DNA of 15,046 nt from Aquificaceae bacterium. GTDB taxonomy: Bacteria > Aquificota > Aquificia > Aquificales > Aquificaceae. The stretch is taken from assembly GCA_037924335.1 (NCBI GenBank), contig JAXSMZ010000023.1, positions 8,499-23,544 of the forward strand. The letters run 5' to 3'. A model generated the notes under the pieces. That model was not told the origin of the DNA and made no database searches. It saw only the letters and a program-made list of their open reading frames with translations. Of the stretch, positions 6,522 through 14,800 are shown piece by piece; the stretch's first letter is position 1, and every line of letters begins with the position of its first letter. Both the position numbers and the translations under genes were made by a program.

Positions 6522-9299
6522 TCAGTCAAACACCTCCAAAAAAATACCCCTTGTCTCCATCATCCTTTCTTTTATCTCCTCGAAGAGTTCCTTTTCATCC
6601 CTTCCTAAGGAAGATGCAACCATTTTTATGTCTTGTTGTGTCAAAGTGGAAACTCCTCTCTCCTTGGATAGCCTTAGCCTTGTTTCCACAAGCCTTAAAA
6701 ACATATAGTTTTCGTAAGCCTTTTTAAGTATAGAATGTCTCTCCATGAGCTTTTGATAGGCTTTTATCATGGATGGTTCCCTTAGTCTATCCAAAAGTAT
6801 AAAGTACTGAATCAAAAACTCACCGTCTAGGATGCCTCCAGCACCGAACTTAAGGTCTATGATGTCCTTTCCTTTCTTTGCCTGAGACTCCAAGGCAAAT
6901 CTCATGCTCTTTATCTCTTCCTTCTCTCTGCTTGTCAGAGGCCTATCAAATAGAAAGCTTTCCAAAAGATTTTCAAATTCTCCAAGGAGTTTCTTATCTC
7001 CAGCTATGTACCTGCACCTTGTCCATGCTATCCTTTCCCATGTTCTTGCTTGTTTTTCAAAGTACTCTTTGTAAAACTCCAAGGATGGGACAAGTTCTCC
7101 CTTTGTTCCCATGGGTCTGAGCCTAAAATCAACATCGTAAAGATAGCCTTCCTTTGTATGGGTTGTTAGAAACTTTATAAATTCCTGAACTTTCTTTGTG
7201 TACTCTGGGGAATGTTCTTTTGCCAAAAAAACAAGGTCAAGGTCTGACCCAATGCTGAGCTCAGAGCTTCCATACTTTCCAAGTGCAAGGAGAACCATAT
7301 TTCCATCTTGCACCTTCCAAAGCTTTTGCATAAGAAAATCTGCAAGAAGTGTGAGATTCTCAAAGAATTCTATGAGCTTTCTGTACTCCTGCTCCTTTTT
7401 GGTAAGATAAACAAGTATCATCCTTATCTCCCAAACCCTTTTAAACCTTCTGAAAAGGTTTTCTGAACTGAGGATTAGGGTCTTTTCGTACTTTTCGAAT
7501 TCCTCCTGAAGCATTTTCCTATCTGGAAAATCCTGATAGAGCGTCAAAAGGTCTTCCACAAGGTCTGGATACCTACTTATCAGGGTAGAAAGGTAAGAGG
7601 ATAAAGAAAAAACGTTGCAAAGCTTTCTTAGCACATCCTCCTTTGATGGGCTGAGCACAACCTTTCTGCCAGTTGGATTTGAGAAGAACTTGTCAAAGTT
7701 GCTAAGCGTTTCATCTGGGTCTGGGGATTGGGATATGTACTCTATGGCCGTTGGAAGGATATCTATAAGCCTTCTCCTTTCGGAGCTTGAAAGCTTTATA
7801 CCCTCCCTTCCGTGTACATAGCTCAGAAGCACATTGTAAGCTCTTATTGGATTCTTAAAACCAAATCTACCAAGCACTTCTTTGGCGAGCTCCACGTCCT
7901 GCGCAAGCACCACCTGCTGTATAGGTTTTAGCTCTTCGTATTCTTCAGAGGGCACTATGCTCGAGAAGATTTTACTTACTCCTTCCATGTAGTAGTTTAG
8001 CTTCCTTTCAAACTCTTCCTTTTTGTAGCCAAGCATCTTTGCTATGGTTGGTATGTCTTCCTTCGAAAGCCTTTGGCTTTGAAGACACTTAAAAGTCTGG
8101 ATCTTGTGTTCCACCTTTCTTAGAAATTCGTAAGCTTCTTCCAAGAATGAAGATTCAACATCAGAAAAAACACCCTTTTGACTAAGTCTCCATACAGCTT
8201 TAAAAGTGTTGCTTTCTCTGAGAAAGGATTGCTTACCACCAAGGAGCAAGACAAGAGATTGAACAGCAAACTCAAGCTCTCTTATGCCACCATCCCCCGT
8301 TTTTATGTTCAGACCACCAAAGGTGCTTCCTTTGGCTTGTGCCGTTATTTGAGCTTTCATGAGCTTTATCTCCTCTATCACCTTCCAGTCTGTAGACCTC
8401 TTGAAAACAAAGGGTACCCTAACATCCCTCTCAAAAGCATTGTAGAGCTCTTCATCACCGGCAGAGAATCGAGAACGCAAAAGAGCAAACCTCTCCCATG
8501 TTCTTCCGTAAGATTCATAATAGAGTTCTGCGCTCCTTAAAGACATGCTTATGGGTCCAGATTTGCCAAAGGGTCTTAGGTCCAGGTCCACTTCGTAAGG
8601 CTTTCCCTCTGGCGTTGTCGTGTTCATTAGGCTGAACACTTTTTGAAAAACCTTTGAGAAAAACTCGCTCAGTGTGAGCCTTCCAGCGTTTCCCTTATCT
8701 GAAGCGTGAAGGAACATAATGTCTATGTCCGAGTAATAGTTAAGCTCCAAGCTTCCCAGTTTACCAAGGGCTATTATGCACCCGGTGGACTCCTTTCCAT
8801 CCTCTTCTAAGGGTGTTCCGTAAAGGTCCTTCATCTCTTCAAGGGCTTTCCTGTAGCATACCTCTAGCATGGCATCGGGGAGGTATGAGTACTCTGCGAG
8901 AAGGTCTTCAAGCCTTGCCGTTCCGAGTATTTCCTTGGATAGAATCCTCATGAGTTCTTTGTGTCTGTAATAAGCAAGCCTTTTGGAAAACTCTTGGTCT
9001 TCGTGGCATCCATAAAGCATCTCTTCCAGTTCTCTGAGGTAATCCTCCTTCTTTTTAGTCAAATACCAAAGTCCAGGTATAGTTTTTTGAAATTCTTCAG
9101 GATGGTTTATGAGAAAGTTCCTCATACATTCTGAGTGGTCCAAAAGCTCCAAGAGCAAAACAAAACGCCTCTGGTTTAGGTAATCTATTAAGCTTTTAGG
9201 GTCTTTGTGGTTTTTTAGAAGCTTTTCTATACTCTCTTTGGCTTTCTTTGGGTTTATGAGTTTTTCTTCAGCAATATACCACCACTCTGATGGAAACAC
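6522..9299 (-). CDS. glnE: Bifunctional glutamine synthetase adenylyltransferase / adenylyl-removing enzyme
   Basis: Two nucleotidyltransferase domains: ALGKLGSLELNYYSDIDI...VDLDLRPFGKSG...WERFALLRSR and ALGKYGSSELSIGSDLDL...VDFRLRPMGTKG...WERIAWTRCR. Also NIKTGDGGIRELEF and DLKFGAGGILDGEF. GTG start, 925 aa. Confidence 0.95.
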   Translation of the reverse strand: MFPSEWWYIAEEKLINPKKAKESIEKLLKNHKDPKSLIDYLNQRRFVLLLELLDHSECMRNFLINHPEEFQKTIPGLWYLTKKKEDYLRELEEMLYGCHEDQEFSKRLAYYRHKELMRILSKEILGTARLEDLLAEYSYLPDAMLEVCYRKALEEMKDLYGTPLEEDGKESTGCIIALGKLGSLELNYYSDIDIMFLHASDKGNAGRLTLSEFFSKVFQKVFSLMNTTTPEGKPYEVDLDLRPFGKSGPISMSLRSAELYYESYGRTWERFALLRSRFSAGDEELYNAFERDVRVPFVFKRSTDWKVIEEIKLMKAQITAQAKGSTFGGLNIKTGDGGIRELEFAVQSLVLLLGGKQSFLRESNTFKAVWRLSQKGVFSDVESSFLEEAYEFLRKVEHKIQTFKCLQSQRLSKEDIPTIAKMLGYKKEEFERKLNYYMEGVSKIFSSIVPSEEYEELKPIQQVVLAQDVELAKEVLGRFGFKNPIRAYNVLLSYVHGREGIKLSSSERRRLIDILPTAIEYISQSPDPDETLSNFDKFFSNPTGRKVVLSPSKEDVLRKLCNVFSLSSYLSTLISRYPDLVEDLLTLYQDFPDRKMLQEEFEKYEKTLILSSENLFRRFKRVWEIRMILVYLTKKEQEYRKLIEFFENLTLLADFLMQKLWKVQDGNMVLLALGKYGSSELSIGSDLDLVFLAKEHSPEYTKKVQEFIKFLTTHTKEGYLYDVDFRLRPMGTKGELVPSLEFYKEYFEKQARTWERIAWTRCRYIAGDKKLLGEFENLLESFLFDRPLTSREKEEIKSMRFALESQAKKGKDIIDLKFGAGGILDGEFLIQYFILLDRLREPSMIKAYQKLMERHSILKKAYENYMFLRLVETRLRLSKERGVSTLTQQDIKMVASSLGRDEKELFEEIKERMMETRGIFLEVFD

Positions 9300-9301
9300 A
9301 T

Positions 9302-9311
9302 TATAATTATA
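9302..9311. promoter_or_regulatory. Overlapping divergent -10 hexamers (TATAATTATA palindrome) between glnE and tRNA-Val
   Basis: TATAAT on + at 9302-9307 and on - at 9311-9306, within a 19-bp intergenic gap. No clear -35 elements. Confidence 0.5.
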
Positions 9312-9318
9312 TTACTTT

Positions 9319-9390
9319 GGGCGATTAGCTCAGAGGAAGAGCGCCATCCTCACACGATGGAGGTCGGAGGTTCAAGTCCTCCATCGCCCA
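9319..9390 (+). tRNA. tRNA-Val (anticodon CAC), CCA not encoded
   Basis: Acceptor GGGCGAT/ATCGCCC plus discriminator A; D arm GCTC/GAGC; anticodon arm CCATC-CTCACAC-GATGG; T arm GGAGG-TTCAAGT-CCTCC. Confidence 0.97.
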
Positions 9391-9391
9391 T

Positions 9392-9943
9392 TTATGGTGT
9401 GTAGACAGCTTCTATCCTTGCAGTGTGCCTACCTTGAGGGTCTAGAACTTCAGAGATTATGGAATATATAATACCTTTGTTCCCCGGCAGCAGTTTGCTG
9501 TAAGCTACTCCAGTTAAAGGATAGCCTGGTGGCTGGGAATAACCTAAGAAGCATACCCTGATCGTGTTTTGGTAAATTTGACTGGTGCCTTTTAGTCTAA
9601 AATGAATTCTAAAGGTGCATCCCAACTGAATGTTTCCCCCCTGTCCAACTATTGCTGGACAGTTGGGATTGTCGACAGACGGGGTGCCATCTGGACAGTT
9701 TCCAAGATTTGCTATAGTGTCAAAGATCCCTGAAGTTATGGCATAATTCACACCTGCAACAGCTGCCTCTTTTGCAGAAGAGAAAGTCCTTGTAGCCTCT
9801 GAGGTTTCAAAAAGTCTTGTTAGCATAAAGTAAAGTCCACCCATGAGCACAAGAATAACAACAGACGTAATAAGTACGGATACTAAAGCTACGCCTCTTA
9901 CCTTATGTTTTTCAAGGGTATGTCCACTTCTATAACCGACCAT
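9392..9943 (-). CDS. PilX-like type IV minor pilin
   Basis: Start moved to ATG 9943 (SD GGAGG 8 nt upstream). Prepilin-like KHKVRG|VALVSVLITSVVILVLMGG lacks Glu5, followed by AKEAAVAGV, as in PilX/GspK-like pilins. Last gene of the minor pilin cluster. Confidence 0.75.
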   Translation of the reverse strand: MVGYRSGHTLEKHKVRGVALVSVLITSVVILVLMGGLYFMLTRLFETSEATRTFSSAKEAAVAGVNYAITSGIFDTIANLGNCPDGTPSVDNPNCPAIVGQGGNIQLGCTFRIHFRLKGTSQIYQNTIRVCFLGYSQPPGYPLTGVAYSKLLPGNKGIIYSIISEVLDPQGRHTARIEAVYTP

Positions 9944-10818
9944 CTGTAATACCTCCAATCTGGTATGCTTGTAAGATTGCCACATGTATCGCTCAGTTGT
10001 GGAACATCCATAGCTACGCTCTGCCTTCCACCTACCTGCAGAAGCATGCAAAGCCTTAAACCTATAAGGTTATTTATATCGTCTTCTGGTTCACCATCGC
10101 CAGAACAGGTCCAGTTAGTATTATTAGGAACACAGTCTCTATACTCTATATTACCATTTTGCCCCAGTACTATATATCTCACCCTAAAATATGCCACGCA
10201 GTCCACTATAGGCTGTTGCCCATCACTTCCTACCCTTTTCATAAGCGTTTGAGTTCCATCTGCGCATAAGCGAGAAGCTGTTGGGTTTGTTCCTAAGTAA
10301 TACCGAGTTATAAAGCTATCAGGATAGGTGTTGTTATCGCCTATATCAAAAGCAAGAGTGTTTGCGCAGCTTCTTGTTATCTTTGTTATAGGTTCGAGAC
10401 AGATCCTATTTTGACTAATGGTACAAGGTCTCCCTAAGTAGTCTATAGCTTGAGTAGTTATGTTGCCATTGGCATCTGCATAACCCCAGCATCCTATGTT
10501 TGCATCCTGTCTTGTTGCCAAGCTCAAAAATCTTACCTCACTTCCAGAGATGGCAATGAGAGAGTTTCCTACATCATTTAAGTTCGTGCCGTTGTTAAGA
10601 ATCTGGAGCCTGCTTCCGTCTATGCCAAAGCCCACAGATGATAGCTCAGAAACAAGGGTAGATATAAGAAATTGAGCTTCTTGCTCGTTCTTGGCCACAA
10701 GAGCCTGAGAAGTGCCTTTTTGAAATATCTCCCTGTAAGCATAAAAGATTCCACCTGCCAGTATAAGAACTATGGCCATAACTACCAGAAGTTCCACTAA
10801 AGTAAATCCTCTTTTCAT
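9898..10818 (-). CDS. PilW-like type IV minor pilin (prepilin N-terminal cleavage/methylation domain)
   Basis: MKRG|FTLVELLVVMAIVLILAGG starts at ATG 10818, overlapping the upstream stop as ATGA. ELSSVGFG, QPIVDCVAYFRVRY and the C-terminal IPLKN are PilW-like. 306 aa. Confidence 0.85.
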   Translation of the reverse strand: MKRGFTLVELLVVMAIVLILAGGIFYAYREIFQKGTSQALVAKNEQEAQFLISTLVSELSSVGFGIDGSRLQILNNGTNLNDVGNSLIAISGSEVRFLSLATRQDANIGCWGYADANGNITTQAIDYLGRPCTISQNRICLEPITKITRSCANTLAFDIGDNNTYPDSFITRYYLGTNPTASRLCADGTQTLMKRVGSDGQQPIVDCVAYFRVRYIVLGQNGNIEYRDCVPNNTNWTCSGDGEPEDDINNLIGLRLCMLLQVGGRQSVAMDVPQLSDTCGNLTSIPDWRYYRWSVIEVDIPLKNIR

Positions 10819-11390
10819 GGCTTCCCCTTTATGAGGGTTGTGCTTGCATATTTGTATCTTCCGTCTATCGGGCTGAAGTACCATGCGGTAATGCCAAAGG
10901 CTTTGCCAGTTTCCTTTCCCTGAGGTCTTAACCTTGCTATTGTAATTCCTACATATACCCTTCTTCTTCCTAAGGTATACTGCCTGAGGGGACAAGGGCT
11001 GCAAACGGTCGTTGGACTTATAAGAAGCCATCCTGCTGTGCTTGTTGGGCTACCACTGAAACTGCTGTTATTCCCACTGTACGGATCGTAGAAGTCTGGG
11101 ATACCATCACCATCACTATCCGTAACTTCAAAGGTGCAGTTTCCAGATAAATCGCAGGAAGCGTTGTCCCACGTGTATGTGCTTGGGCTTATAAGGGTTG
11201 CATTGTAAGGCAAGCTTTCGAGATACCCAGACCAGTCTCTTATTGCCTTGCTTGCTGTATCCTTCATACGTGCATCAAGGGAAAACTTTATGTAGTTCAA
11301 AAGACTTCCCAAGAAGCCTATCATCACAAACATAAGAAGAAGCATGGCTATAAGAAGCTCTATGATGGTAAAGCCTTTACTGTGTTTCAT
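10815..11390 (-). CDS. PilV-like type IV minor pilin
   Basis: MKHSKG|FTIIELLIAMLLLMFVMIG prepilin motif with Glu5; lies between the FimT-like and PilW-like genes. Confidence 0.82.
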   Translation of the reverse strand: MKHSKGFTIIELLIAMLLLMFVMIGFLGSLLNYIKFSLDARMKDTASKAIRDWSGYLESLPYNATLISPSTYTWDNASCDLSGNCTFEVTDSDGDGIPDFYDPYSGNNSSFSGSPTSTAGWLLISPTTVCSPCPLRQYTLGRRRVYVGITIARLRPQGKETGKAFGITAWYFSPIDGRYKYASTTLIKGKP

Positions 11391-11877
11391 AGTTTATTCT
11401 CCCGTACCTGCTTATGTTTATGGTTCTTCTGCTTCCTACTTGGTTGGTCAGAGTTATAGAGCACATACCGAGCCCACAGGTCTTGCTCCTTGGATAACCT
11501 TTTTTGTCAAAAACTATTATGCCTCCACAGTTCTCATTTATAATCACTCCAGCTTCTGCTTGAAATTGCCTTGCATCCTCCCCATCGTCAAGCATACAAT
11601 TAAAATTGGCATCCTCAAAAAGGATATAGGTTTTGTTACTTATAAAAGCTACTCCCCAAGGCCTGCTCCCTTGTACGTCACTGCGCACATTTCTCCCCGT
11701 CATAGAATACATCCTTGCAGTGTTTAACACGCTTATCAGTTCATCCGTTGTAGCTTTTAGCCTTTGGTTAAGGACCAAGTTCCTGAGCCACAAGAAGGCA
11801 AAGCTGGCAAGTATGGAAAGTATGGCAATCGTTATGACTATCTCCACTGCAGTGTATCCCTTTACTTTTCTATCCAT
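11377..11877 (-). CDS. FimT/FimU (GspH-like) minor pilin
   Basis: MDRKVKG|YTAVEIVITIAILSILA, then NQRLKATTDELISVLNTARMYSM, LFEDANFN, IVFDKKGYP and INISRYGRI, all characteristic of GspH/FimT proteins. Confidence 0.88.
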   Translation of the reverse strand: MDRKVKGYTAVEIVITIAILSILASFAFLWLRNLVLNQRLKATTDELISVLNTARMYSMTGRNVRSDVQGSRPWGVAFISNKTYILFEDANFNCMLDDGEDARQFQAEAGVIINENCGGIIVFDKKGYPRSKTCGLGMCSITLTNQVGSRRTINISRYGRINYETQ

Positions 11878-14800
11878 ATCAAGAACCTACCCTCGTATTG
11901 TGTTGCCTGTTGCATCCGAAGCCTTAAAATAGCACCTGTAGAAACTTGTAGGAAGGTCTCATATTCCTTGCTTGAACCAGCAACCACTTGGAAGGGCATG
12001 CCCAAAGGTGGGACGCCAGTTCCAATATTAACGCTCTGTTTTACCTGCCCACTTATAACGGCTTCGGGTGCTAGAATGGTTGGCCTTGGGAAGGGAGTTC
12101 CTGTCTTGAAATACAAAGAGTAAAGCTTAGAGCTACCTTCCATAGAGCATATGTCCTGAGGTAGCACTGCTGAAAGAGTGTTTACAGTTCCACCAAAGAC
12201 AAGGGGCTGGGAGTATATGGCTTCGTTAGTAAGTCTTATGTACCAACCAACGGATGGCTCTGTAGGCAAAGGTCCAGAAGCTTCCGTGACAACATCCCGA
12301 TTGCTGCAACCGTTACTGTCGCATATACACATCTGTTTTGTCTGCGTGACCGTTACAGATGTTGTTTGACCTGTGACATCCGTCAGACTGGCAAAGTTCA
12401 CCGTGTTGCCTGATTGCCAATCGTGTTTAAAACCTATCAGATAGTTTTGGTAACCTATGCTTTTGTCAGCAAGGCTCAGGTACTTTCCTGTACCTGCAAA
12501 AACCCAGAAGTTATTGTTTTCATCCAAGGTATAAGCTGGTGCCCCAAAGAATGGGGCGCTGGTAAGGTTAAGGGCCTGACTCACACTCCAGTTTGAAAAG
12601 TTAAGCTTCATCAAAGAACCGCAGTTGCTTCCGTATACACCAAAGTATGCCACATCGTCGCTGTAATCGTTGTTTACATCCACAGGCATTATGTCCCCTA
12701 CTGCAATTTTGTTGCATCCAGGAATGTTTGGTACATTAACAGGAGTAGCTCCATTACTTCCATCGTTTAACTTAAAGACATAGATCTTTGCACTGTTAGC
12801 AAACGTCTCTCCAATGGCTGAGTCTATGCTTTGTGGACCAGTTCCAACAAGAACATACCAATTGTCCCCCACTTTGGCAATGGCTGGGAAGGAAAGAGTA
12901 AGTGTTGTGTCAGGAAGAGGCTTTTCCCAAAGGAGCTGTGGTGTACCAGAAAGGTTGCCGTTCAGCCAATCTGTCAGGTCAAGAACAAAGACAGAGGAGC
13001 TAAAGGGTTCAGAAGAAGATGTTGTTATTGCTTTCCCACCAAAGCCCATGGCACCCACCAAGAGAGTACGCCAGTTGCTTCCTATCTTTGCGTCAAAGAT
13101 CATAACCCTGTAATCAACCGTTGGCACATGACAGTACTGAGGATTTCCATACCAAAGAAGATAGGGAAGAGCATACTTTGGTATAAAGGCAAACTCCTCC
13201 ACACCTACAAAATCAGAACCAGGATCGCTCTTAGAATTGACAAGCTTTACTGGTTTGTCTGGGTCACCTGTATCTTGAAGGTATCCTACCCTGAATATGT
13301 GAAGCATGCCATCGTTGGCAGACACAGCCACTATAGTTGGCCTGTTCTTGTAAGCATTTCCAGAGATATACCCTAGATAGGTTGCATCTCCGTACTTGAG
13401 ATGATAGTTGTTTAATGGGTCCGGTCCAGCCACCGCTGGGCTTGAGTTTATTATGTCCCCAAGCTTCCAAACCTTGTTTCCACTTAAGCCTACTGCTTGG
13501 CAGAACTCAGAAGCATCAAGAGTTCTAGGTCTTTGCACGTAGGCATAGGATGTACATCCAGAAGGATTATCCTCTCCCCTTATGTACCTTATGATACAGC
13601 TGGCATCTGCTGGAATGCATGTATTACCCCCACAATCACCGTTGTTGGTACAAAGTATGCTTGGGTTGTTGGAACATACCTTCCAGATGTTTGTAAAGTT
13701 GCTTGCCTCCCCTGTGGTAAAGGATGTGAGAGTTCCATCCTTGTTATAATATATCTTCCTTTGGGATGGGTCTATTTCTGCAAGCTTGCATCCGCTGTCA
13801 AAGACAGGTCGGACCTCGTCCAATCGCTCTGTAACGCTTGAAGTACATGTTTCTACGTTGTCTATTAAGGATGCCATGGTTTGGTTTTGGTTACTATCAA
13901 AGAAGAGTTGAAAGATCCTGTCTATAACACTTCCAGCAATGTTTAGAACTTTGCTATCTACAGTATCCTCCCTTAGGTTCTGCTTTGTATCTATCCAAAA
14001 ACTCCTGAGGAAACCGAGCCACCTTAGTTCCACATTAAGTGTTGGATAGGTTGGCCTAAAGTAAGGCTGTATGACAACTTGAGAGGCTTGAGACCTTCCA
14101 GAAAGAGTTGCAACTGTAGAACCAGAAGAAGCTCTTTTAAGTATGTCGGCAAAGGCGGAAAGAAGGGCGTTCTTTAAGCTTTCAGCATCATCCGCTTCAT
14201 AAAAGTTATAAGGAAGGCCATCCTTGGGTGATTGAAAGGCTGTATCCCACTCCGCACACTTTTGATCCCAGTTGTTAGGAGGATTGCACTGGGGAAGGGG
14301 ATAAGTCACACCTCTACTGTTGCAATAGGTAGTTGAAGTCGTTTGAATATTAGTTCTTACAGTATACTCAAGGGAAGAGCAAGTTCCACTTCCATCTGGG
14401 TATTGAATACCAGTAAAGGGGAAGGGCCAAGTGTTGTTATCTCTGTCTTCAAAGCCACCAAAGATGGCGGTAGTTATCATAGCCTGCCTTCCCTGAAGCT
14501 TTGTTGAAGGGTCTAAATCTCCAAAGGCGTAAACTGCGTATGTATAAACATTTTGCTTTCCAGATAGGTCGCTTCTGAGGTCCTGCGTCGCCATAATACG
14601 GGCTGGCACAACTGGGTCTACACTGCCATTCCAAGCACCATCTGAAAGCAGTAAAACAAAACCCTTTCTACAAGGCACAGGATAGCTGTTTCCTCCAGAA
14701 CCATCATAGTAAGGGTCCACATTTCCATTTCCTCTATTTATGTAGGCTGAATTTGCTTCATAAGCATGGTCGTTACTTTGCTTATAAAAGTCATAGGCTT

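Noticed and set aside
9944..10051. 36-aa N-terminal extension of the PilX-like ORF given in the track
   Set aside because: It lies inside the PilW-like gene. ATG 9943 has a well-spaced GGAGG and gives a short basic leader before the cleavage Gly.
10819..11031. 71-aa N-terminal extension of the PilW-like ORF given in the track
   Set aside because: It overlaps the PilV-like gene. The prepilin motif and ATGA coupling place the start at 10818.
4122..14634. Remaining short alternative-frame or antisense ORFs inside the TPR, mtnA, glnE and pilus genes
   Set aside because: All lie within well-supported longer CDSs and lack recognisable domains.
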